From Sedimentisphaerales bacterium (GTDB taxonomy: Bacteria; Planctomycetota; Phycisphaerae; Sedimentisphaerales; SM23-30), in contig CAXXFK010000021.1 in NCBI GenBank assembly GCA_963663965.2, positions 1-64,000 of the forward strand: a DNA stretch of 64,000 bases, written 5' to 3'. A program made the position numbers and the translations under genes. The notes under the pieces were generated by a model. The model was not told where the DNA came from. It saw only the letters and a list, made by a program, of their open reading frames with translations, and made no database searches. This document shows positions 42,701 through 50,257 of this stretch, in pieces (within the stretch, counting starts at the first letter, position 1; each line of letters begins with the position of its first letter).

Positions 42701-45700
42701 AACCTAAGGCCCCTCCTTCCCCTTCCGCATTCGTGAAACGATTACAACCTATTGATTTTGTAGTATGATCGCTATTAATACATAAAGCGTGCACATCAAT
42801 GTATGTTGCATCATATGAATCACTGCATGATATATTATACGTAGATTCAACACGAACTGTAACATTATCTTCAAGGATAATATCATTAACTAATACCTTA
42901 AGAGCAAAAATATATATACCCGCCCGATAGTCTTGAAAGTGTACTTTTGTTTCTATAGAGTCGCTATTATCAATAGCAACCTCAGCTCCTATAGGAGCAT
43001 GCTTTAAGCTCCAGGTAATCTGTTCAACTGACTCATTAGAAGTATCGACGATCCCATATAAGTATGCAAAATTTCTAGGCAAATATGTAACTTGGTAATC
43101 TCCGGCATCAATTGAGTAAATTGGATTCTCTGAGACTATCTCGATATCCAATAAATCGTAACTGGTAAACTGGCCATCGGAAACCTCCAGACGGAATACA
43201 TAATGACCACATTTTGTGAAGTCGGCAATAGCATGCAAGATTTCTGGATCTTCAATCGTGATTGACGTTTCATCACCTCGTACCAGTGTCCAGAGATAGG
43301 TAAGCTCGGCAAGACCTTCAGGTTGATCTTCAATGGTGAGTAATGGAATGGTATCCATAGTCCCAAGATCATACTTGAGCATCTTGAATTGCTCTGCCGT
43401 AGTTTTGGTATCCAGAATAAGTTTATTGTCCGTTGGATCGGATTCTACGCCCCAATATATGCGTGGCGGAGTATTGGTTTGATCTGGCCCAACTTCAATT
43501 GATACCAGATCGAATCCGGTTTTCTCACCATCACTTGCGGTTAATTTCAGAATATAGACGCCTTCACAGGTAAATACGGCTTCAACTGCTGATGCATTGA
43601 TCTGCTCGATAGCAACGGGCAATTTATTATGTTGCTCAGCATTAAATAACACATCACCCGGTCCGCTGACTTTTTCCCAATATGCCGACAGAATCCCGAA
43701 AGGTTTGCCGTCATCCTGAATAGTCGCATTCAAAGACCAGAGATATTGCTGTTCATTACCCGTATCACCAACACTGACATTATTGATTTGAACTTTGGGA
43801 GCAGATTGCCGGTTCATATCGGGCATGATACTCACCTTAATCTGATCCGCCAATATCTCACCACGATCCGCTCCATTCAGTTTTAAAACCAGATCGGCCC
43901 GATCGAATACCTCGAAATAGGCGTCATCGATGGTAAAGGTCGCTTCGGCATCGGGCTCATCGGTTGGACATTCCACGGTAATGCCTGCCGGAGAAAAGAT
44001 CGTCTCCCAGTTCCAGCTAAGCGCATTACTGCCGGTTACCTTCGCCCCGGATAACAGGGTTTGCAGTTCAGGCAGGGTAATCACCTTATTTTTTCCCGCT
44101 TCCAGAGTAAACGGCGGGATAACTTCTACAGTTACCTCGGCGCTGCCGGTGGCTCCCCGACTATCCATGACAAAAAGTTTAACCGTATGGCTCCCCAGGG
44201 CCAACCTCAGCTCGATAGAGGAACCGGTTCCGTCCGGATAGGGTTGATCGTTACCATCGGTCCAGAGATAGGACTGTATACTGTCTTGAAGGTCAACATC
44301 GCTGGATTCGCTGGTAAATGTGACTAGCGCAGTACCATCCTGATCATCATCGACCATAACCGTATTGTCCACATGAATTACTGCCTGAGGCGGGGTATTC
44401 ACAATAATAGCCACCGTATCAAACCCTGCGGCATGATAACCATCAGACACAACCAGCGTATAGGTATAGCTCCCGGCCGCTAAGGTCAATGATACCTGAT
44501 CATTCTGTCCGATCACGTTCCCGTTTTCATCCTGCCATTCGTAGGATAACTCTCCATTTTCAGGATCCAGGGAACCACTGCCATCCAGACTGACTTCTGC
44601 GGATACCCCATCAGTGATATGAACGATCTGATCCTCACCCGCATCGGCAACCGGCGGCCGGTTAATGACCACGGTGATCTCCGCCGGCCCCGAGGATGCA
44701 TCGGCCTGATCCGTCACCGTCAATCCAATCACATGCTCACCCCAGCCACAATTCAATGTTAATGTCTGGCCCGTTTCCCCGGCCAGCAACTGGCCATTAC
44801 AGGTCCAGATATACTCAATCACATCCCCGTCATCCGGATCACTCGATTGACTGCCGTCAAAAACAACCGCCACGCCTTCAATGTCATCCATATCGTGAAT
44901 CACTGTCGTATCATTGACCACAAAAAATTCCGGCGAAGCAATCGACAGACTCGCCACCGGAGAGTGATTCGTAACCACACAAATCTCATCCGCCCCAATA
45001 TCGGGAATCCCATTGATTACCCGACTATCTCCATCAATATCAACATGCCCCATGAAAGCCGCCGCTACCCCGGCATCTTTGCAAGGCGAACCTTCTTGTA
45101 GATGCCAGTTCGGTATTAATGAACTTGGAAGTACTTTACCCCAATTCCGGATAAATGTACGCATTCCCTTATACATAGATACATCATCATCAATACCATC
45201 AATACCTTCAATTTCTCTATAGTTTGCTTGAGGGCAACCTGTAACTTGATAAAGCATTCCATTTCCATTGAATTCAATATAATCACCAATTTCAAAATAG
45301 CTAGGGATTCTAAATAAAATCCAATTGTCATTAGCAGGTTGTCCTGTTCTTGGTAAATGATCACATAATAGATAGGGATTAACAAATTGAGGATCAATAC
45401 TGAAATTGTTTTCTGCATGAAAGTGATAATCCACATTCCAATCATCAGCATCCTGTTCGAAATTAGATTCATAGTTTATCCCGGGCCATAATGAAGCAGT
45501 CGGCAAAAAATAGCACAAGTTATTCATAAACCAGATATTTTGAGATGCAGACGAATTTTTAAAAGCGATATTACTTTCCCTTAATCCACAATTACATAAA
45601 AAATTCTTACTAATAATGCTGTTATTAATATATAAATATTTAAAATCATTGTCAGGACCTGATCCATGTTGCAGATATTTCATGCCTTGCCCTGCACTAT

Positions 45701-48700
45701 CAGACAAACAAATATTTCGGGCAATCGTACAATTAATTACTCTTGATCTCATATCTATATTACTATCACCGCCTATATATATAGCTAGTCCGGCATTATT
45801 TTCATAGGCAATATTGCCAGTTATTACGCTATTCGTAATTGTTCCCGAAATAACTGCCCCCCCACCATACCAGGCACAATTGTTTTCAATAACACACCTA
45901 TCTACAACTACTTTTTGCATAATACTGTAAATTCCCCCTCCGGTTGATGCAACATCTTCTCTAAAAATATTATGCGTTATTAAACAATCCTGAATTAATC
46001 CGGACATCTGAAAGATGCCGCCCCCTAGATACTCAATATCACTAAAATCTCTAACATCACATGGATTATTTCTGATTATACAATTTAAAATTGTTGCCTT
46101 TGAATAGTTACTCGAGCCAGCCTGGTTATAATATTCTGGTGCATCTGCCAATGCTCTTGAATTAATGCCACCACCCCGCACTTGATTAAGTCTACTATTT
46201 ATATATCTGGCTGTGCCACCTCCTCCCGTTATCGTAAATCCAGCTAAAACTGTATTTTGACTTTCAAAACCTCCAAATGTTATAACACTACCTATTTCAT
46301 AACCAATAACAGGTTCTCCATTATTGTTCATTGATTCATTAATACGACTAATATTACCATCCATAGTTCGACCAGTTATAATAGTGTTCATTAAAGCACT
46401 TTCATTTTCCAGATATTCGCTTCTTACGGTAATATCCTTTACATATTCACTATATGGTCGATAGTCTCCTTCAGAACCATAATCTGGATCAAAACTTACC
46501 CAACGATCGATTATATTATCACCTATATTAGTATTACAAGGTTTGTAGTTAAAAAATAATAATTCATAATAAGTCCCCGGTTTGACAATAATGACATCAC
46601 CATCCCTGGCCATCTTTATAGCATGCCCGATGGTCAGGAAAGGTTCGGTTGCTGAACCAGAATTTTCGTCATTCCCAATCCCATTTGATAAACCATCCCC
46701 ATCCGTATCACCGCCATCAACATAATAAGTATCACAAATTTTTTCATCTGCACCAATATCAGCACGATACGTTTCTAAACCTAAACTATCAAAAGTTCTC
46801 TCGTTGCCATCAATATCTACCGTACTATTGACCGCCTGACTCCCTTTTTCAATACATGGCGAATCCGGCCTCAAATGATAGCCATCCGCCTTAAACGAGG
46901 GAGGATTGTCAATGTTAAAATTGGCCTCACCATCAAACGGGACCAGAATATCATCGGTATATTTATCCTGAATACAGGAGTAGCTGATCGTATAATTCTG
47001 ACTCGTTCCGAACTGAACATCGATCGCTTGATCATCATCAGTAATAATTGCGGTCTGCCCATTAAATGAACTCGACAAACCATTCTCCCAGATGATCGTA
47101 TTCAAAATCGCCATATTCGTTTCGGAATCTGCGCAACACAGCGCGGCGCCGCTGTCATTTCCATCAATCACCGCCGGATTACTCGTCGCTCGGTTTTTGA
47201 TAATAGTGCAGTTTTCAATCGTAATTTCAGATGCTTCAGACGCATAAATACCCCCTCCCTGCTGTATGGCAACATTGTCCTTGATAACACAATTTTGAAG
47301 AGTAACCTGGCTGCCGGCGCCATAAACGCCGGCGCCGCAAGCCTGCGATTGATTATTCGTGATAAAACACTGTGCGATGGCCGGCATTCCTTCATAACAG
47401 AAAATCCCGCCGCCTCCGGTATCGGCTTGATTGTCATGAATCAAACAATGCGAAATCGTCGGACTACTCCCATAACAGAATATCCCACCTCCCTGGAGTT
47501 GATACATATTCGATATTGCATCCACTCCCAGCGCATGACCATATATCCGGATATCATCGATCATGCCATCGAATGCCCGGCCGCCATCGATACAATCTCC
47601 GGCCGTAATCGCAAGGGAGGAATCGGTCAAACGCGCACCCGATAAGGCGCTCTGTTGATTATATCCGGTCTCGACGCCATCGACATAAAGCCGGACCATC
47701 CGTTCCGTGGCATCATCGTAGGTCATCACCAGATGATACCAGCGTCCGGCCACTGGATAAAAATCGGTCTCTACCAATGACCAGGCCTGACTGCCATTGA
47801 CAAAACCGAGTAACCGTTTCGGCTCCGATGAGGTTGGACTCCATAACTGGATACTCCAGGGATGGTTGTTATTATCTCCGATATTCCGTTGACAGATCAA
47901 ATGGGAATTGATGGTATCCGAAATCGTATCAGCCCGGAACCACAACGATACGGTAAACGCACTCATGCCATCCATAATGCCTGTACCACAATTGAGGTGG
48001 TCATTCACCCCATCCAATTGCACTGCCGGCCCCTGAATGAGGTTCTCTTCAGACTGCCAGCTGGCGCCATTGACACAATTGGCTGTCAACCCGCCTATTG
48101 CGTCGACCGTTGTAGTACCACTGGCTTCGTTCAATTCCCAATTAACAACAAGATCATTCAGACCACCGTTTTTTTGCCGCGCTTGTCTTATGATTTCAAC
48201 CGCAGGTAATATGGATCGATAAAGCTTGACCTCATCTAAATAACCCATAAAGGACCGGCCGCCGCCGGCACGATTTCCTATCGTAACAGGAATAGTGCTA
48301 TCGGTGACCATCAGACCAGGTGCCGTATCCTGCGTTAAATAAGTAGCCTCCGTACCGTTTGAATACAAATAGACCTTGCGATCCCCGGCTTCATCATAGG
48401 TCATCGTCACATGATACCACTGACCGGCTTGCGGAATGAAGTCTGATTGCCCAACGACGACCACATTACCACCAGAACCATCATCAGTACACACCGCGCC
48501 ACTTAACCGATACCCCATACTGCTATTTAAGTAGAGCGACCAGCGAATCGCACTGGTATTACGTTGCGAAACCAGATGTGGATAACTCTGCAGAAAGGTA
48601 TTTTCCGTAGCCTTAAACCAGCAGGAGACACTGAATGTCCGTAAATCGGTTAAATCCGCTGGATATCCACAATCCACATAATCATCCATGTTATCAAATT

Positions 48701-50180
48701 CTGCCGCACCACCACCTAAATGATAATTTTCAGAAACCTGGCTGATAACGGCCCCAGACAAGGTAGCGTCGTGATCCCCCTCATTATCTTGACCATCGAC
48801 ATCCAAAGGCCAATGAGAAATGCCTAATGAAGCCAATTGTGCAATTTCAGAGTCAGATATCTGACGATGAAATAGTTTCACCTCATCCAGACACCCCTTG
48901 AATGGCCGATCTTCCCCTTCGCGATTTCCCAATACCACCGGTATTTCATTAGTAACATTGTCAACAATGGAACCGGGAGCCACATTCTGAACCAGATAGT
49001 CACATTCTGCACCGTTAATATACAAATGGATCATCCGGTCATTGTTCGCATCAAATGTCATGGTTACATGATACCAAACACCCGTTTGTGGAATAAAATC
49101 GGATTGACTGACCACCGTAACAGAAGACCCTGCATTATCTTTACACAGACAGGCGCCATTAATTCGATACCCCATACTACTATCCAGATACAATGACCAA
49201 CGCAAATTGCCGGCATTCCGCTGTGAGATAAGATGGGGGTAAGTCCCCGACCACGGGTCTGCTCCGCGAAACCAACAGGAGACACTCAATGAGTGTAGAC
49301 TGCTATCTAGCTCAGAGGGGATACCACAATCGATATAGTCATTAATACCATCAAAAGGCATCGCTGAGCCTGCGACACCGTCCGTGACTGAAGTCGAACC
49401 GAATACGGTCCCATCGTGATCACCGATAATATCCGCTGTCATACCTGAATCAATTGAATCCAGCGGCCAATAGGCCATTGGGTTCAAATAGGATTCTACC
49501 GCTTCGCCGTCCGTAACTGTAAATCCTTTCAAACTGGAATTCCGATCCTGCACACCGGTTATTTGTACTGCCGGGCCAAATCCAGAAGGGGCAATTACCG
49601 TATTTTCCACGACCGACCAATTTTCAGGATCAGTACTTTGTACCTTAATATTCTTTCCCAGATAATTAATATTTTCACGATAGATCCCTTGATCAACTAA
49701 AACCTTATCATTCTCCTGAGCGACTTCGATTCCCATCTGGATAGTGGCAAAGGCATTTTCACTATCCCGGCCATGATGATCATCATGACCCGATGGAGAA
49801 ACATACCAGGTATCCGTCCCGGCTGGCTCAACAGTTATTAGCACACTAGCCGGATCCGACCATTTTCCCAGATCATCTTGCACCTCAAGGATTACATCGA
49901 ATGCTACCCCATCACTGGCTCGATTAAACTTGCATTGTGCCGTTGCTTGTTGTGATCCTTGGATATAGACGGCTTCAACAGGAAACGTCCAGCGATAGGC
50001 AACAATGGCACCATCAGTATCATTGCCACTTCCAGCAAACTGAACCGTCTCCCCAACCTTCACGGTTTGTGCCATACCCGGATAGGCCGTTGGCGTACTG
50101 TTCAATGATGCCATAATTCGCACTTGAACTAAAAGTATTAAAAATACGCAAATGAGACCTTTCCTTATTTTCCAACTCAT
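30744..50180 (-). CDS. Giant (~6480 aa) secreted adhesin-Rhs polymorphic toxin: signal peptide, PKD, beta-helix, 3x LamG, PKD/Ig repeats, RCC1-like repeats, YD repeats, Rhs core, C-terminal toxin
   Basis: AAGGAG RBS before ATG 50180; AGEDQ-type PKD repeats; ISIDAGIDHSLALDKYGNVWSWGNNSYGQLG (RCC1); VSRTYNS...FGYGWS; many YxYD repeats; NPVNGVDPSG; toxin with RKMPDW...LFEVPS. Confidence 0.93.
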   Translation of the reverse strand: MSWKIRKGLICVFLILLVQVRIMASLNSTPTAYPGMAQTVKVGETVQFAGSGNDTDGAIVAYRWTFPVEAVYIQGSQQATAQCKFNRASDGVAFDVILEVQDDLGKWSDPASVLITVEPAGTDTWYVSPSGHDDHHGRDSENAFATIQMGIEVAQENDKVLVDQGIYRENINYLGKNIKVQSTDPENWSVVENTVIAPSGFGPAVQITGVQDRNSSLKGFTVTDGEAVESYLNPMAYWPLDSIDSGMTADIIGDHDGTVFGSTSVTDGVAGSAMPFDGINDYIDCGIPSELDSSLHSLSVSCWFRGADPWSGTYPHLISQRNAGNLRWSLYLDSSMGYRINGACLCKDNAGSSVTVVSQSDFIPQTGVWYHVTMTFDANNDRMIHLYINGAECDYLVQNVAPGSIVDNVTNEIPVVLGNREGEDRPFKGCLDEVKLFHRQISDSEIAQLASLGISHWPLDVDGQDNEGDHDATLSGAVISQVSENYHLGGGAAEFDNMDDYVDCGYPADLTDLRTFSVSCWFKATENTFLQSYPHLVSQRNTSAIRWSLYLNSSMGYRLSGAVCTDDGSGGNVVVVGQSDFIPQAGQWYHVTMTYDEAGDRKVYLYSNGTEATYLTQDTAPGLMVTDSTIPVTIGNRAGGGRSFMGYLDEVKLYRSILPAVEIIRQARQKNGGLNDLVVNWELNEASGTTTVDAIGGLTANCVNGASWQSEENLIQGPAVQLDGVNDHLNCGTGIMDGMSAFTVSLWFRADTISDTINSHLICQRNIGDNNNHPWSIQLWSPTSSEPKRLLGFVNGSQAWSLVETDFYPVAGRWYHLVMTYDDATERMVRLYVDGVETGYNQQSALSGARLTDSSLAITAGDCIDGGRAFDGMIDDIRIYGHALGVDAISNMYQLQGGGIFCYGSSPTISHCLIHDNQADTGGGGIFCYEGMPAIAQCFITNNQSQACGAGVYGAGSQVTLQNCVIKDNVAIQQGGGIYASEASEITIENCTIIKNRATSNPAVIDGNDSGAALCCADSETNMAILNTIIWENGLSSSFNGQTAIITDDDQAIDVQFGTSQNYTISYSCIQDKYTDDILVPFDGEANFNIDNPPSFKADGYHLRPDSPCIEKGSQAVNSTVDIDGNERTFDSLGLETYRADIGADEKICDTYYVDGGDTDGDGLSNGIGNDENSGSATEPFLTIGHAIKMARDGDVIIVKPGTYYELLFFNYKPCNTNIGDNIIDRWVSFDPDYGSEGDYRPYSEYVKDITVRSEYLENESALMNTIITGRTMDGNISRINESMNNNGEPVIGYEIGSVITFGGFESQNTVLAGFTITGGGGTARYINSRLNQVRGGGINSRALADAPEYYNQAGSSNYSKATILNCIIRNNPCDVRDFSDIEYLGGGIFQMSGLIQDCLITHNIFREDVASTGGGIYSIMQKVVVDRCVIENNCAWYGGGAVISGTITNSVITGNIAYENNAGLAIYIGGDSNIDMRSRVINCTIARNICLSDSAGQGMKYLQHGSGPDNDFKYLYINNSIISKNFLCNCGLRESNIAFKNSSASQNIWFMNNLCYFLPTASLWPGINYESNFEQDADDWNVDYHFHAENNFSIDPQFVNPYLLCDHLPRTGQPANDNWILFRIPSYFEIGDYIEFNGNGMLYQVTGCPQANYREIEGIDGIDDDVSMYKGMRTFIRNWGKVLPSSLIPNWHLQEGSPCKDAGVAAAFMGHVDIDGDSRVINGIPDIGADEICVVTNHSPVASLSIASPEFFVVNDTTVIHDMDDIEGVAVVFDGSQSSDPDDGDVIEYIWTCNGQLLAGETGQTLTLNCGWGEHVIGLTVTDQADASSGPAEITVVINRPPVADAGEDQIVHITDGVSAEVSLDGSGSLDPENGELSYEWQDENGNVIGQNDQVSLTLAAGSYTYTLVVSDGYHAAGFDTVAIIVNTPPQAVIHVDNTVMVDDDQDGTALVTFTSESSDVDLQDSIQSYLWTDGNDQPYPDGTGSSIELRLALGSHTVKLFVMDSRGATGSAEVTVEVIPPFTLEAGKNKVITLPELQTLLSGAKVTGSNALSWNWETIFSPAGITVECPTDEPDAEATFTIDDAYFEVFDRADLVLKLNGADRGEILADQIKVSIMPDMNRQSAPKVQINNVSVGDTGNEQQYLWSLNATIQDDGKPFGILSAYWEKVSGPGDVLFNAEQHNKLPVAIEQINASAVEAVFTCEGVYILKLTASDGEKTGFDLVSIEVGPDQTNTPPRIYWGVESDPTDNKLILDTKTTAEQFKMLKYDLGTMDTIPLLTIEDQPEGLAELTYLWTLVRGDETSITIEDPEILHAIADFTKCGHYVFRLEVSDGQFTSYDLLDIEIVSENPIYSIDAGDYQVTYLPRNFAYLYGIVDTSNESVEQITWSLKHAPIGAEVAIDNSDSIETKVHFQDYRAGIYIFALKVLVNDIILEDNVTVRVESTYNISCSDSYDATYIDVHALCINSDHTTKSIGCNRFTNAEGEGGALGWDNTYDSSWYPYFQLVHSNVQNSGSYLTGIIAISTGAYNSMAIDLSGNLYSWGWSDYDISLCNCLGNTRIPQKMDFGIVTEPIIIGMASNAHSRFAYDSLGRAWFWGCSFDGESGCDDDSNGYFNTALPKNINDVSSLQNVINISTSHFWRTFFLDDGIIRDGKGKVYSCGHYYGGMLGIGSINSNIVSPLPVHRGSQLYNDSDYLENIVSISAGKDHVLALEMLDDIDSNEYDGRVLAWGLNSCYPNNCLLGTNDTELEVAYEPIYVNGGEQFIENGEQGSNILKNIISIDAGIDHSLALDKYGNVWSWGNNSYGQLGIESNSSGNEFKATPVKVCNVDMSDVISISAGNRVSFAKDRFGNVWVWGRWTSSTNNSTLESYLEPKLLDTGESTVINITQSKKYQTISMAVSEVVSNDEEIIVGAGDYNERIILSNEYPSMIIRSVQPDNWDEVQNTTIISPDAGLNIIEISHNDSTIKGLSIMGGKSGINCINEASPRIENCIIYGNSHSGIYTCGQSGPVISCNQIFDNSRYGICFENDDFDGYTYAGTPRIIGNIVSDNGEGMYHQLFLYKACGEGMIWNNTIDSPFIENPPSESNYRIYNSFSSFPYGYPQIFNNILIPGDDGKLYYGCDGAGFNINRDDIDENFYNENIFNSLLNTSGAIRGGCEIVESDLYIDINDQPRIMYNEQSGNSNIDFGAYEYSPLTISAGVSRIIDYPVGQNQLSVWFDDAYVKLKDVPYNSMSEISYEWSVISQPEGSNVAFSNSSVLNPQVTFTYDLPGTYRLLLKVKDNVGRVVGGDTVWIALARNEVIQAQIKIDDEVYQKNQNIVLGGDVELSGMINGIANASYTSSWSVISGPSSAHINDPSQTNTLVNFSEPGLYQFQFTVLRDLRLVGSDTVFVLVDHPVVTVEAGMDQILQLGSPGFVAGTQLKGSIAGEVPYAIVWQQISGPDGFMMYEAENHTLNPEVLFGKVGDYQIALIATNSYGDMIGADYVEICVQESTIELSASLENDAPAGYINLKGTLLGADPSQYTFKWSSPNGLFEFGNAQQLSTWAKVSGLAPGLYEVSLSAYDNTSQLVAIDILEVSISGSKDLYSPDWVDAGEDISLNLLQDNLNVQLSGMSTTPRTKWLYYGTEEIWLEDDSDLNTSITLPGAGDYPLYLLALDENDAIIDMDSLVISISWEPAISITAAIEPAVATQIDDNPVEILLIAQPELGADQEATYYNWYHSGTPDDVQITTRFNPDTHQVDYIALVNNPGQYVFSLELLSSQDNTVITGSSAIATINRSGIYVDLGPDRTWIAGQEPVSIYPMILGDLPIAYQGVSGYYLAWQYASDFDFTAAAGSGENENIITFEEGIQTSGKCRVTLNVYEDLGTQGPSSEDQLIGSDFMVIEIYPENSLPIVYAGRNRSILLTEAQVSISLDDVIIKDDILVLGDNGLEVIWTAEPDIYSIDTTAPDNPEITFNRPGLYKITVSVKDHLLTALSQDDTATDTVVIYVGADTEGILVNAGEDQTVTWPQNEIWLKDAWVLPADTQVQWQITNGIAFDPSNTVINPFVSFQEPSDYDMTIVANEDSNISDSITVSVLPRGEDQAAPTIDSFTGTYNNRASNIDNDNSVTGSITVNADAHDEDGGSGIQVMILKLSNGQILCVEHSNALTCEFSTAHLRNGSSYTLTLEAIDNAGNRSSSTKQFGVQNQFSVSPRVVEDYPQVLTFNMTVPWSKIVLSNGYEFEADDQNATTYITDDAWLSDLTEEDDGTWIATLYDVSGNPLAETVKFILALGKPVAKISNLNPVDDDDDLFGDNNLLNIHVDGTPPTIIQDGLFTLMGKAYHRSANSDIEYLVEIFDDNGTFYRNLTPGYLINGYRRQRIGNENDTGILGELDLTNVPNGVYNLKLVVRCHGHYDTDETQIALSSSLKIGNVQFTQEDLVIPIGGVPIRVSRTYNSLHKDYDSEFGYGWSYSFANLDMQLNERRITKSEDNGKWTCRMGGDFDRDVTLTLPDGRRVVFAYTLLPCSGPGTNNWKVVYQAPDGVNDVLETSITCKLCYGGGMYGVGYFWAIGNKYNIPLISNAPLNLGIQDFPGYKLTLQDGTVYNFERKDYGSHFVQGYDNALKEEDLFEYQAYGKPFLASIEMTSGDKIEFIYDENSDGEHPRCVEVKSCLNGNTSFSKSITLDWEDNRISKVNSPNHTQAPLLSYEYDSSGNLKYVHKLDETGEPEETVEYCYDGENRNEDGQLIARFTPEDHYITDIIDPRGLKPIRYLYDDQGRLTGTIDAKGNQITLSHAISGKTETVYSRSDPDKTNPTIYAYDERGNVVSETRIVSGAPARETLYGYSSVAQPDRPTSVTQKVPNPENYPEVPVDAVTRYEYYNYPGTSKLYHEVTIDPVNNVSITVYDEKGRVDVSISGKNAALNGDGLLVSYDPVSVTVNEYRVDLENRDFLRSTAQIKPESQYFANSAGILPVSEILQIPGAILSRTEYEYEQGRICQVIQDIDDNPTNENEIYTTYWYNVDVSNSFDQPYSVSEPHRYNETPVYRQFSKYDANGNQVESWTRWQDPAETSVIKRILNKPTLDRQGRTTQTKQLVYDESDMTQVSERTLSETVYNCIGQVDYTIDENRNLTRYYYDELGQVVETVTARAPASGIDVDSYLNDPANILTVSQTLYDVEGRTLVSVDTHEYGQPATATETVYDALGQVERTRRWANVRIHLETFVDKTCRVAGKRVPANYIAGNAWASSEDAGESELAWWVVDGQTRVQPVAGNELSYSRTEYDCAGRTSRAVVLDDGGYERVTGYRYDLAGRQIMTLDHQAFNLDDTTDYRLEGKWHVIDTDLNSIAVADYDYEYTARTAYDGNQRKYTYEPGSFDANGGISEPDGSPIYRYAHRTEYSYDEQGRLITTQLPSVDGIGITFIHVGYDVYGRKEWETEPTIKTLGALTNNDKKQYEYDPVTGQLIKVTLPDPDDGTEHPSYRYIYDQYGNQVAKIDPLWRITVSKYNEFQQQTVQYQPFLYSDNYSDVEVIEAFEELDTADEIYNELNTNHGSTLFESWQYDEQNRLKLHTDYEEQAVAYLYNNDGRLEEKRYYAEDDTDKGNYLNQNYDDSEDNWSEKYHYDYDNLGRLWQTTKTVAGEDPVVVEEIDYDFDGQIESITTPQGVVNYGYNLITGQKNRTWTHKRDDSTTVYSDTQYEYDCLNRLESANDNLKAMNNRYGYNEAGSRKSMELGNSVSPCYHYDALHRLTGLHNYDSKYDALTNPNPGVLSSFIYTHYADGLRHSVTEQVQQNGSTENRVVTYSYDLLNRLIDESSLLGGSDEYQIEYGYDLVGNRSSRTVTVGGQELTTTYSYNDRDQLEYETQSGPVCAYDIGEDRIYAYHDHGDITYTMAGHEGRIGGFKAFAMGLPTRMDRYLWQLLLVITLAMMLAPVLITAIIYHVRKGQGCEIKPRFGLATRGISVFLAYLFIISPAMLRQSCQAAVSYDQISACDWGRNGRVIQYAYDDNGSLISRLTLDSGAESESVSYRYNLQNRLERVVTNDGFGELEIVEYDYNEAGIRVSALKYTAPALVDNEPTARNNPQMTFYLIDPANPTGYAQVAAELAYNQVDPDPATTSPDSIRSYTIGDDVLAQDDNPLDGYTTPDTLLYDGQGSTRQLVNQDQTVIKAYSYDGYGNLLGGNPTAAPATNLLYTGEQYDSALGQYYLRARYYDPANGRFNRMDPYAGNISDPQSLHKYLYCHGNPVNGVDPSGHFTVTELMVVTTILSIAFGTILSATSGYRNKLEKDLGSIESCSKPDAISYLGQVRDEYEKDLLEIKDPDLRAMAETFYINLGYNNQVVMYNSLLAEKRFLDGIEMAYHASNTINAGLSLGSTLAGMSTMKSLTTKVMWSKPHPTFNEHWATIKWNVVNRQQLGFADEIYTHSSISRITKGAIKSRKMPDWAEVLPNGKLNLFEVPSPGQNDIELLEKGWYYRQILGDRLNKFEVVEIGQLY

Positions 50181-50257
50181 CAGAAACACTCCTTAAAGCC
50201 TTTATTTCAATTGAATCCTTATTACCTTTACACTAATTATAACCGACAGAATTTTTG

